Shown piece after piece: positions 56,682-63,634 of a stretch of 64,000 nucleotides of DNA. The position numbers were made by a program, and so were the translations under genes. The notes below the pieces were generated by a model. It was not told the DNA's origin, ran no database searches, and saw nothing but the letters and a program-made list of their open reading frames with translations. The stretch lies in the sequence record OQ939939. The stretch is one strand, 5' to 3'. Numbering within the stretch: position 1 is the first letter of the stretch; the number at the start of each line of letters is the position of its first letter. The stretch comes from Escherichia phage SUT_E1620.

Positions 56682-57260
56682 ATGACAGCCATAGTAGCAT
56701 TTAAATATAAAGATAAAGTATACTTAGCTGGTGATCGTATGGGTTCTAATGGCTATACGAAACTGCTGGTTAAAAATCCGAAAGTATTCAAAATCTCTGA
56801 TGATTTGTACTTCGGATACACTAGTTCCTTCTACATGGGACAATTACTAGAGCATAGCTTTACTGTACCACCACGTTTAGCAGATATTTCCGATGATAAA
56901 TATTTATATACGGAAATAGTACCTAAATTACGTGATATGTTTAACCAGAAAGATTTTGGCGAAAAGAAAAATGAAAAATATGCTGAACCTAATCTGGGAC
57001 AATTTATTATGCTCTACAAAGGAAGAATCTTTATTTTCCAATCTAATGCTTCTATTCTAGAAGTTGAACATGCCGGTGTAGGCTGTGGAGGAGAAGATGT
57101 ACTTTCCAGTATTCGTACAGGTTTAGCTATTGCGGATTGTCGAGCCACAGATTTAGATGTAGATGATATATTTGAAATCATTGATCTGGCTTTTACGCAT
57201 TGTGCAGATTATATGTGTGGTGTATCTTCTCAACATGATGTTTTAGTAATTGGAGAATAA
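56682..57260 (+). CDS. HslV/proteasome-beta-like Ntn-hydrolase protein
   Basis: 192 aa; Thr at position 2 (MTAIVAF...VYLAGD) and later GVGCGGE align by eye with HslV TTIVSV...VIAGD and GSGG. Confidence 0.5.
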   Translation: MTAIVAFKYKDKVYLAGDRMGSNGYTKLLVKNPKVFKISDDLYFGYTSSFYMGQLLEHSFTVPPRLADISDDKYLYTEIVPKLRDMFNQKDFGEKKNEKYAEPNLGQFIMLYKGRIFIFQSNASILEVEHAGVGCGGEDVLSSIRTGLAIADCRATDLDVDDIFEIIDLAFTHCADYMCGVSSQHDVLVIGE

Positions 57261-57262
57261 AT

Positions 57263-57532
57263 ATGTCTATTCTTTTATCTGCTTTAGAAGCAAAACAAAA
57301 TACTATTGCTAGCATTAAAAAGGAAGTAATTGACCTAGAATCACTTATTGCCGTAGAGATTGACAAAGCTATTAAAGATAAAGAATTTAATTGTCACATC
57401 CAGGGATTAACTGAATACTCAGAAAACGCTAGAAATAGCGTCATGCAAAAACTTAGCAAACTAGGTTATGTTGTAGAAGCTAAGTATGAACAGCGTGAAG
57501 GTTTTTGGCTTGAAATTGATTGGAGCAAATAA
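57263..57532 (+). CDS. hypothetical protein
   Basis: 89 aa; coupled between HslV-like and RNase H genes. Confidence 0.4.
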   Translation: MSILLSALEAKQNTIASIKKEVIDLESLIAVEIDKAIKDKEFNCHIQGLTEYSENARNSVMQKLSKLGYVVEAKYEQREGFWLEIDWSK

Positions 57533-58008
57533 TGTCGGTTTTCCACATATATACAGATGGTGCATGTAAAGGCAATCCTGGTTTAGGTGCGTGGGGATTC
57601 GTTGTCTATAATGATAATGATGATCGTATTGGCTCTAAATCTGGCTTCAGCCCTAAAACTACTAATAACGAAATGGAACTTACTGCAATTGTAGAAGTTC
57701 TTCGTTGGTCTACTAAGAAAGATAATCGTCCAGTAATTATCTACACTGATTCTGCTTACTGCAAAAATGGTATGGAAAGCTGGATGTGGTCTTGGCAGAA
57801 GAAAGGCTGGAAGAAGGGAGATGGTGAAACTCCTCTTAATCTAGAACTCTGGCAAGAAGCATTTAAACTAACTCAACAGTATATTAACTTCCATGATACC
57901 AATCCAACCTTTGTTAAGGTTAAAGGTCACTCAGGTATTCGTGGTAATGAAGAAGTTGATGCTCTATGCAATACTGTAATTACTGAGCAAGAACTTGCTG
58001 AGATGTAA
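57520..58008 (+). CDS. rnhA: ribonuclease H
   Basis: 162 aa; RNase HI motifs (YTDGACKGNPG, TNNEMEL, YTDS, C-terminal D). Confidence 0.8.
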   Translation: MEQIMSVFHIYTDGACKGNPGLGAWGFVVYNDNDDRIGSKSGFSPKTTNNEMELTAIVEVLRWSTKKDNRPVIIYTDSAYCKNGMESWMWSWQKKGWKKGDGETPLNLELWQEAFKLTQQYINFHDTNPTFVKVKGHSGIRGNEEVDALCNTVITEQELAEM

Positions 58009-58028
58009 TAAATAATTTAAAAATTCAC

Positions 58029-58057
58029 TTGCTTAAAGCCCTCGAATTTAGTATAAT
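58029..58057 (+). promoter_or_regulatory. T5-type early promoter
   Basis: TTGCTT-17-TATAAT. Confidence 0.55.
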
Positions 58058-58084
58058 ATTCGTATTGAAAGTGAGGAGGGCTTT

Positions 58085-58363
58085 ATGCGAATTTACAACT
58101 CAAATTCATTAGGATTTAAACCTTTGAGAAAACGCGCACAATCTCCGCGTCAGATCAGAAAGGCAAATATTGGTGAGCCAGAAACTAGGCTTCCACCACC
58201 TCCGGAGCAGCGTCTAGTTTATCTAGATGAAGAATTAGCCGAAAGGGAACGCAAAGCTCAAGAAGAAATTGAGCGCAAGAAACTGTGTACTGCTCCTGCA
58301 TATAACAAGGGTGGTTATCAGTACGTTTCCAGTGAGGAACAAGCTAAGATGATCGGCAGATAA
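58085..58363 (+). CDS. hypothetical protein
   Basis: 92 aa; own promoter and SD (GAGGAGGG). Confidence 0.4.
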   Translation: MRIYNSNSLGFKPLRKRAQSPRQIRKANIGEPETRLPPPPEQRLVYLDEELAERERKAQEEIERKKLCTAPAYNKGGYQYVSSEEQAKMIGR

Positions 58364-58379
58364 TTTTTAAAAAATTCAT

Positions 58380-58408
58380 TTGCTAAACGCTTCAAAATTT
58401 CGTATAAT
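58380..58408 (+). promoter_or_regulatory. T5-type early promoter
   Basis: TTGCTA-17-TATAAT followed by CTCATAAATTGATCAACAAAAAGGAAAACAA leader. Confidence 0.55.
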
Positions 58409-58446
58409 ATATCTCATAAATTGATCAACAAAAAGGAAAACAAATA

Positions 58447-58962
58447 ATGGCTAAGCAGAAAAACGCAAAAACTCAGGCAGCTCCGGCAGTTAAAACTTTC
58501 GCTCAGACCGAAGCCAATCGTAAGGCTCGTCTGGAACGTCATCTGCGTAAGCATCCTACTGATGCTCAGGCTCAGACTGCCCTGAAGTCTGCGGCTCCGG
58601 TTCGCCAGAAGCCGAAGGCCAAGAACTCTACTCGCGCAACTGCTAAGCAGGTTGTGTTCATCAAGGGTGAAGGTCATAAGTCTGTACCGGTAACTCTGAG
58701 CTTTAACGGCGGTGCTGAGATGTTCGCCCGCAACGGTATGGCTCTGAAAGACTACGAAAAAGCAGTCAATCAGAAGCGTAAGCCAATGGCTGACGTAATG
58801 CGTGAATCCCGTGGACAGTTTGGCTCCGTTAAACCGAATATCTTCGGTGTAGAGTACAGCCGTGACAACGTTCGCGCTCTGTGCTATGGTATCGGTATTA
58901 AGTTTACTGGTGCTTCTGATCGTAAATCCGCTAAACCTGCTCGTAAGCGTAAAGCGAAGTAA
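58447..58962 (+). CDS. basic Lys/Ala-rich protein, possible nucleic-acid binding
   Basis: 171 aa; highly basic termini; host-optimal codon usage; terminator hairpin with GAAA loop downstream. Confidence 0.4.
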   Translation: MAKQKNAKTQAAPAVKTFAQTEANRKARLERHLRKHPTDAQAQTALKSAAPVRQKPKAKNSTRATAKQVVFIKGEGHKSVPVTLSFNGGAEMFARNGMALKDYEKAVNQKRKPMADVMRESRGQFGSVKPNIFGVEYSRDNVRALCYGIGIKFTGASDRKSAKPARKRKAK

Positions 58963-58968
58963 TGATTG

Positions 58969-58990
58969 ATGGGGCGAAAGCCCCATATAT
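58969..58990 (+). terminator. terminator-like hairpin with GAAA tetraloop
   Basis: ATGGGGC-GAAA-GCCCCAT followed by AT-rich tract; a similar GGC-GAAA-GCC hairpin near 59248-59262. Confidence 0.4.
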
Positions 58991-59023
58991 TAACTCTTTC
59001 TCTGACTAATTAAGGATATTTTT

Positions 59024-59239
59024 ATGTTCTCTAAGAAACCACGTTCCGTTACTGAAATCGTTGCTTCCTTTACCACTATTACTGATGAACTTCAAGCTCG
59101 TATTGAAGCTGACCAGAAAACTGCTGCTGATATTCAGAAACAGCAAGAAGAACTCGCTCTGAAACTGGCTGAAACCAATAAGAGTGAAAAATCTGCTCAA
59201 ACTATTAAGGAAAATATCCTTAAACTGCTGGGCAAGTAA
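59024..59239 (+). CDS. hypothetical protein
   Basis: 71 aa, helical, host-like codon usage. Confidence 0.4.
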   Translation: MFSKKPRSVTEIVASFTTITDELQARIEADQKTAADIQKQQEELALKLAETNKSEKSAQTIKENILKLLGK

Positions 59240-59280
59240 TTTAAATCAGGGGGCGAAAGCCACTCTTATTTGGAGAAACT

Positions 59281-59493
59281 ATGCGTAACTTCGTTGCAAA
59301 GAATGATTTTAACCGTGCTAGCACTCACAAGTCTGCTAGAGACTACACTCGTCTTTCTAAACATGAGCTTCTAGAAGAAATCATGGAAGAAAACTGGGAT
59401 GTTAGTGAAAATGGAACAGACCTGTTTGAAGAAGAGGAACTTCCTCTGAAAGACCCCAAACAGTGGGAGTCTATTAAAGAGACAGCTCTTTAA
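59281..59493 (+). CDS. hypothetical protein
   Basis: 70 aa. Confidence 0.4.
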   Translation: MRNFVAKNDFNRASTHKSARDYTRLSKHELLEEIMEENWDVSENGTDLFEEEELPLKDPKQWESIKETAL

Positions 59494-59523
59494 TAGTTTT
59501 CTACAACAATAAAGGACATAATT

Positions 59524-60225
59524 ATGAAATTCAAGCCCTTTGGTATGCTGGACATTGAATCTCTAGGTACTCCAGGAAATTGCGGTACTACTCATATTGC
59601 AATGCCTTCTTTCGCTTTTGTAGCGATGCACGGAATTGATAAAGATCCTGATCTGGTATTCGTTACTCTAGACGTTCAAGATCAGCTTAATGCGGGTGCT
59701 AAGGTAACTGCCTCTACTATTGCATTCTGGATGGATCAAGCTAAAAACAGTCCATCTGCGCTCCATATTATGGAGGCTCTAAATGGTCGTAATCCTAAAC
59801 TGATTGCCTTCCGTGATGGTAAGCATCACTGCACTAATGACGTAGGCTCTAATTATGCTGCCTTCTCTATGGCTCAGAACATTATGGAATTGTCTCTAGG
59901 AGATAATGCTCTGTATTACGGCAATGGCCCAGAGTTTGATATGACAATCTACTCTGCAAATACGTTCCATGCCGGAACCAATGAAGAAATAGTTCCGTGG
60001 AAATTCTGGAACTTAGGTAACGTTCGATCTTTCCGTAATCAGTGGATGCAAGCTGGTTATAGCTATAAAGATCTAGAAGCCGAAGGTGCTAGCTGGGCAA
60101 AAGCTAAAATGGAAAAAATGGACACCATTCGTTATGGAATCTACCCTGTGAAGCATGATCCAGCATTCGATGCTTTAGTTGAAAGTTATTGTGTAGCCGT
60201 CATGATCGAAAAAATCAAAATTTGA
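59524..60225 (+). CDS. putative DEDDh-family 3'-5' exonuclease
   Basis: 233 aa; N-terminal MLDIESLG (Exo I D-x-E) and C-terminal HDPAFDA (Exo III H-x4-D). Confidence 0.45.
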   Translation: MKFKPFGMLDIESLGTPGNCGTTHIAMPSFAFVAMHGIDKDPDLVFVTLDVQDQLNAGAKVTASTIAFWMDQAKNSPSALHIMEALNGRNPKLIAFRDGKHHCTNDVGSNYAAFSMAQNIMELSLGDNALYYGNGPEFDMTIYSANTFHAGTNEEIVPWKFWNLGNVRSFRNQWMQAGYSYKDLEAEGASWAKAKMEKMDTIRYGIYPVKHDPAFDALVESYCVAVMIEKIKI

Positions 60226-60226
60226 T

Positions 60227-60255
60227 TTGCTTTCAGCTCCAAAATTCTGTATAAT
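60227..60255 (+). promoter_or_regulatory. T5-type early promoter
   Basis: TTGCTTTCAG...-17-TATAAT followed by TTCATAAATTTGAGAGAACAACAAAAGGAAAACAA leader. Confidence 0.55.
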
Positions 60256-60295
60256 ATATTCATAAATTTGAGAGAACAACAAAAGGAAAACAATT

Positions 60296-60478
60296 ATGCC
60301 AGTATCTAAAAACGTCCGTAAAAATGGTAAAGTAGCAAAACGTAACCTGGGTCTACGTCGTATGGCTGAACGTCAGTCCGGCATCCAGAAAATCTTTAAC
60401 GTACTGAATCGCGCCAATCCGAATATTGATAACAGTTCTGATACTGTTCTGCGCACTCTGCTCGCAATCGGTCTGTAA
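60296..60478 (+). CDS. small basic protein
   Basis: 60 aa; stop codon sits in the loop of a terminator hairpin. Confidence 0.35.
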   Translation: MPVSKNVRKNGKVAKRNLGLRRMAERQSGIQKIFNVLNRANPNIDNSSDTVLRTLLAIGL

Positions 60479-60489
60479 TAGACCGTTTT
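60468..60489 (+). terminator. intrinsic terminator overlapping stop codon of 60-aa gene
   Basis: CGGTCT-GTAAT-AGACCG hairpin followed by T5. Confidence 0.6.
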
Positions 60490-60529
60490 TAAAACAAATT
60501 CAAATCTCAAACTTCATATAAGGAAGCAA

Positions 60530-61171
60530 ATGATGACTACTCGTATCTCTAAAACTCGTGCTCTGGCAACTATCAAGTCTCTGGAAGCTAAAATCCGTAA
60601 AGCTACTGAACAACAGCTTTTGATTGCTGTTGGTGAAGGTAAAGACAAGAATCAAGTTGTCGTTGGTGCTGCAATCGAAGTAGATGCTCTGTCTACTCGT
60701 ATTAAAACTGATTTCCAGTCTCTGCTGGATATGATGACCCAGCGTGATCATCTGAAAGCAGCGCTGATCAAGAGCAATGCTGAAACTGTTGTAGAGATCG
60801 GTTCCCGCTCTATGACTGTTGCGGAAGCAATCGAAGCTAAGCGTTCTATGGAACTCAAAGCTCAGTTGCTGGCTAACATGCGTAAGCAGTTCCATGCTGC
60901 TACTGTTAAGTTTAACACTCAGAAGGCTCAGTTTGATGCCAAGTATGAGCGTTTGCAGGATACCATGGCTACCCGCGATAAGAAGACTTCCGAGGATGAA
61001 GTTAAGATGCAGCTTAACCTGCTGGAACTCAAGAACACTCCGTTCCTGATCGATCCGCTGGAGCTGGAAAAGCTGATCAAGCAACACGACGAAGAATACC
61101 AGGACTTTGCAACCAACGTTGACTTTGTTCTGTCTGAGTCCAACGCCTCTACTTTTATCGAAGTAGAGTAA
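60530..61171 (+). CDS. hypothetical coiled-coil protein
   Basis: 213 aa; host-like codon usage. Confidence 0.45.
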   Translation: MMTTRISKTRALATIKSLEAKIRKATEQQLLIAVGEGKDKNQVVVGAAIEVDALSTRIKTDFQSLLDMMTQRDHLKAALIKSNAETVVEIGSRSMTVAEAIEAKRSMELKAQLLANMRKQFHAATVKFNTQKAQFDAKYERLQDTMATRDKKTSEDEVKMQLNLLELKNTPFLIDPLELEKLIKQHDEEYQDFATNVDFVLSESNASTFIEVE

Positions 61172-61180
61172 TAATTTAAA

Positions 61181-61198
61181 AGACTAGTAAATCGGTAG
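61181..61198 (+). repeat. left arm of 17-bp inverted repeat bounding an ORF-free element
   Basis: AGACTAGTAAATCGGTA; reverse complement of right arm is AGACTAGTAAACCGATA (15/17). Confidence 0.6.
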
Positions 61199-61520
61199 AC
61201 GAAAGCCCAAGCATCTTACCTCGCAGCAGCGGTTGAAATACGAGGTTAAATAAGACCGCTGACCATACTATAAGGTATAATCTATTGGAGATTATGTTTA
61301 TTACATCAGACATTTAATCTGACACGTAAAAACAAAAGGTCGTTGGTAGTACCAACACAACTTCAAAGATCAACGCTCAAGTATGAAAGCTGAAAAGTTA
61401 AAAGCACTCAAACTTCTAACCTTCTAAAGCTAAAAGATGCAAAGTATTCGTTGATGATTCAAACCCTAGATCAAAGGTACATGGCTCATAAGATATGGCC
61501 TGTGGCGCCTCTAGGCTGTT

Positions 61521-61537
61521 TATCGGTTTACTAGTCT
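61521..61537 (+). repeat. right arm of 17-bp inverted repeat
   Basis: TATCGGTTTACTAGTCT. Confidence 0.6.
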
Positions 61538-61555
61538 CTCAATTTAAAAATGTAT

Positions 61556-61584
61556 TTGCTAATTAGTTTAGTTTTCTGTATAAT
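61556..61584 (+). promoter_or_regulatory. T5-type early promoter
   Basis: TTGCTA-17-TATAAT. Confidence 0.55.
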
Positions 61585-61614
61585 ATATTTTTAAATTGAT
61601 GAGACGAGGCTCCT

Positions 61615-61932
61615 ATGACTTTACATATTTTGTTTGATGATGTACGTGACTTAAATGGAATGGATATCATCATCAGAAACCCTGATGTAGCGTACGAAAT
61701 GCTCTATCAGTTACAACTCCAGGGTAATTATCTTTATTTAGATAATGACATGGGTAGTAAAGTAGAAGGCCACCATTTGTTAAGTCGTATCCTAGAAGAT
61801 AAAGATTTGTACCCTAAAAAGGTGGTTTTAGTCACCAGCAATTCTGTTGCTGCAGAAAATATGCGCCAACAGTTAAAAACAGCTGGTTATCAAGAAAACC
61901 CCAATCGTATTGAGTACGATTGGCAGGAGTAA
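61615..61932 (+). CDS. hypothetical protein with receiver-domain-like pattern
   Basis: 105 aa; ILFDDVRD ... YLDNDMG ... VVLVTSNS ... K pattern loosely resembles CheY-like receiver fold; own promoter. Confidence 0.3.
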   Translation: MTLHILFDDVRDLNGMDIIIRNPDVAYEMLYQLQLQGNYLYLDNDMGSKVEGHHLLSRILEDKDLYPKKVVLVTSNSVAAENMRQQLKTAGYQENPNRIEYDWQE

Positions 61933-61936
61933 ATAA

Positions 61937-62461
61937 ATGGAAATAACCCAGGAAAACCTATTATCCTTATTTCACTACAATAGTGAGGAAGGTAGATTGT
62001 ACTGGAAAGCTAATCCCAATAAAGCCCCTGCATGGAATGCCAAATGGGCGGATAAGCCTGCTGGGGCTAAAGATGGGAAATCAATAGTAGTGTCCATTGA
62101 TAATAAATCATACAGACACCATAGATTAGTATTTTTATATCATAAAGGATACTTACCAGTACAAGTTGATCATAAAGATAGGACTAGGCATGACACTAAT
62201 CCTTTCTGCGATAAAATAGAAAATCTCAGAGACGCCACTCATTCACAAAATAATGCTAATAAAGATATTGGGAAGGCCAATACTTCTGGCTATAAAAATG
62301 TGTATAAAACACATCAAGGGTGGAGGGTTATTGTAAAGAAAGATAAAAAGCCTATAGAGGGCGGAACCTTTCTTAGTCTAAAAGAAGCGGTAGATGTAGC
62401 AAATGATTTAAGGTTTGACCTATTCGGTGAATTTGCACTATACCAGCCGTATAAGGAGTGA
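61937..62461 (+). CDS. HNH homing endonuclease with AP2-like domain
   Basis: 174 aa; SYRHHRLVFLYHKGYLPVQVDHKDRTRHDTN HNH motif; C-terminal YKNVYKTHQGWRV AP2-like. Confidence 0.65.
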   Translation: MEITQENLLSLFHYNSEEGRLYWKANPNKAPAWNAKWADKPAGAKDGKSIVVSIDNKSYRHHRLVFLYHKGYLPVQVDHKDRTRHDTNPFCDKIENLRDATHSQNNANKDIGKANTSGYKNVYKTHQGWRVIVKKDKKPIEGGTFLSLKEAVDVANDLRFDLFGEFALYQPYKE

Positions 62462-62465
62462 TACT

Positions 62466-62915
62466 ATGTTGAAAGTATTACTCCTGCTGGCCACTACTAT
62501 AAGTAGCTTACCTGCTTATGCCACACATGATGCTAAAGAGATAGACTGTATTGCAAAAAACATCTATTTTGAGAGTCGTGGTGAGGGCACTAAAGGAATG
62601 ATCGCAGTTGCACAGGTTACTAAAAACCGTGTTAACTCTGGTACTTTTCCTGATTCTTACTGTAAAGTAGTATATCAGTCTAACCAGTTCTCTTGGGTGG
62701 CCAAGAGACCAAAAGTTGATAAAACCGATGAGGCTTGGCAAGTTGCTAAGAATTTAGCTAGAGTGATATACTACGTTGATTTACCACAAGATCCAACACA
62801 TGGAGCGTTATACTTCCATAGTGGTAAAGATAAACCGTACTGGACAAAGAAGTTTAAGAAAACAACGAAGATTCAAGGCCATACGTTCTACAAGCCTGTG
62901 GTTAAGAAAACTTAA
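62466..62915 (+). CDS. secreted SleB-family cell-wall hydrolase
   Basis: signal peptide MLKVLLLLATTISSLPAYA; CIAKNIYFESRGEG...VAQVTKNR...YCKVVYQSNQFSW signature; start set at ATG after AGGAGTG (track ORF begins 17 codons earlier). Confidence 0.6.
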   Translation: MLKVLLLLATTISSLPAYATHDAKEIDCIAKNIYFESRGEGTKGMIAVAQVTKNRVNSGTFPDSYCKVVYQSNQFSWVAKRPKVDKTDEAWQVAKNLARVIYYVDLPQDPTHGALYFHSGKDKPYWTKKFKKTTKIQGHTFYKPVVKKT

Positions 62916-62924
62916 AAATTCGAT

Positions 62925-62953
62925 TGCTTAAAGCCTTAAATTTCTGTATAATA
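62925..62953 (+). promoter_or_regulatory. T5-type early promoter
   Basis: TTGCTT-17-TATAAT followed by TTCATAAATTAATGAGAGG. Confidence 0.55.
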
Positions 62954-62984
62954 CTTTCATAAATTAATGAGAGGAAGCGAAATA

Positions 62985-63155
62985 TGAAATCAGTTGTAAT
63001 TATTGGTGTTAATACTCGTGGTATCCGTACTACGAAAACAGTTAAAACTACTAACGTTGCTGAAATTACTACAAACCCTAAGAAGTTTGATTTCGCTAAA
63101 GTCTCGGCAGTTATGACAGAACAATCTTTTAACCAAGCACTGGGAATTAAATAAT
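62985..63155 (+). CDS. small hypothetical protein (about 56 aa), absent from ORF track
   Basis: ATG preceded by GAGAGGAAG and a T5-type promoter; below the 60-aa track cutoff; coordinates approximate. Confidence 0.3.
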
Positions 63156-63597
63156 GGAAGAGAATATTCTAGATGTTTTGCGTAGGGCTTTGCAGGAATC
63201 TAAGGTTGATGGTTCTGATAAAGAAGTAGCTAAAAGCTACCAGACCATAATCGGAGATCTTCAGCGTGTTGATAAAGACTTCATTACTTCTGAACAGTTT
63301 GTATCTTATCTAAAAGCTCAACTGAAAAGCATTAATCAGACGAAAGCTAAACTTCACGGTCAAGACCTTGATAATTATAGCTTGCAGTCTGCTCAGTATG
63401 AGTATATACTGAACAAATGGCTACAACAGTATCTGCCGCCTCAGTTATCTGATTCTGAGATTCGCAAATACTTTGCAGAATTAGTTAAGTTGAACCCTGG
63501 GATTACAAAAGGTATGCTGATGAAAGCGATTAAGGAAGAGTTTCCTGGTCGTTACGACGGTGGCATTGCTGCTCAGGTTGCTGGCGAATTTAATTAA
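63154..63597 (+). CDS. GatB/YqeY-domain protein
   Basis: 147 aa; C-terminal GITKGMLMKAIKEEFPGRYDGGIAAQVAGEF resembles YqeY/GatB C-terminal domain. Confidence 0.45.
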   Translation: MEENILDVLRRALQESKVDGSDKEVAKSYQTIIGDLQRVDKDFITSEQFVSYLKAQLKSINQTKAKLHGQDLDNYSLQSAQYEYILNKWLQQYLPPQLSDSEIRKYFAELVKLNPGITKGMLMKAIKEEFPGRYDGGIAAQVAGEFN

Positions 63598-63605
63598 AAA
63601 TTGAT

Positions 63606-63634
63606 TTGCTAAACGCCTCAAAATTCTGTATAAT
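63606..63634 (+). promoter_or_regulatory. T5-type early promoter directed into an ORF-free region
   Basis: TTGCTA-17-TATAAT followed by AGATTCATAAATTAGAG. Confidence 0.55.

Larger units (their letters stand above)
61181..61537 (+). other. about 357-bp ORF-free element bounded by inverted repeats; candidate structured RNA or miniature mobile element
   Basis: no ORF of 60 aa or more; GC-richer than surroundings; internal palindrome GTTGGTA-G-TACCAAC and pseudoknot-capable segment. Confidence 0.35.
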
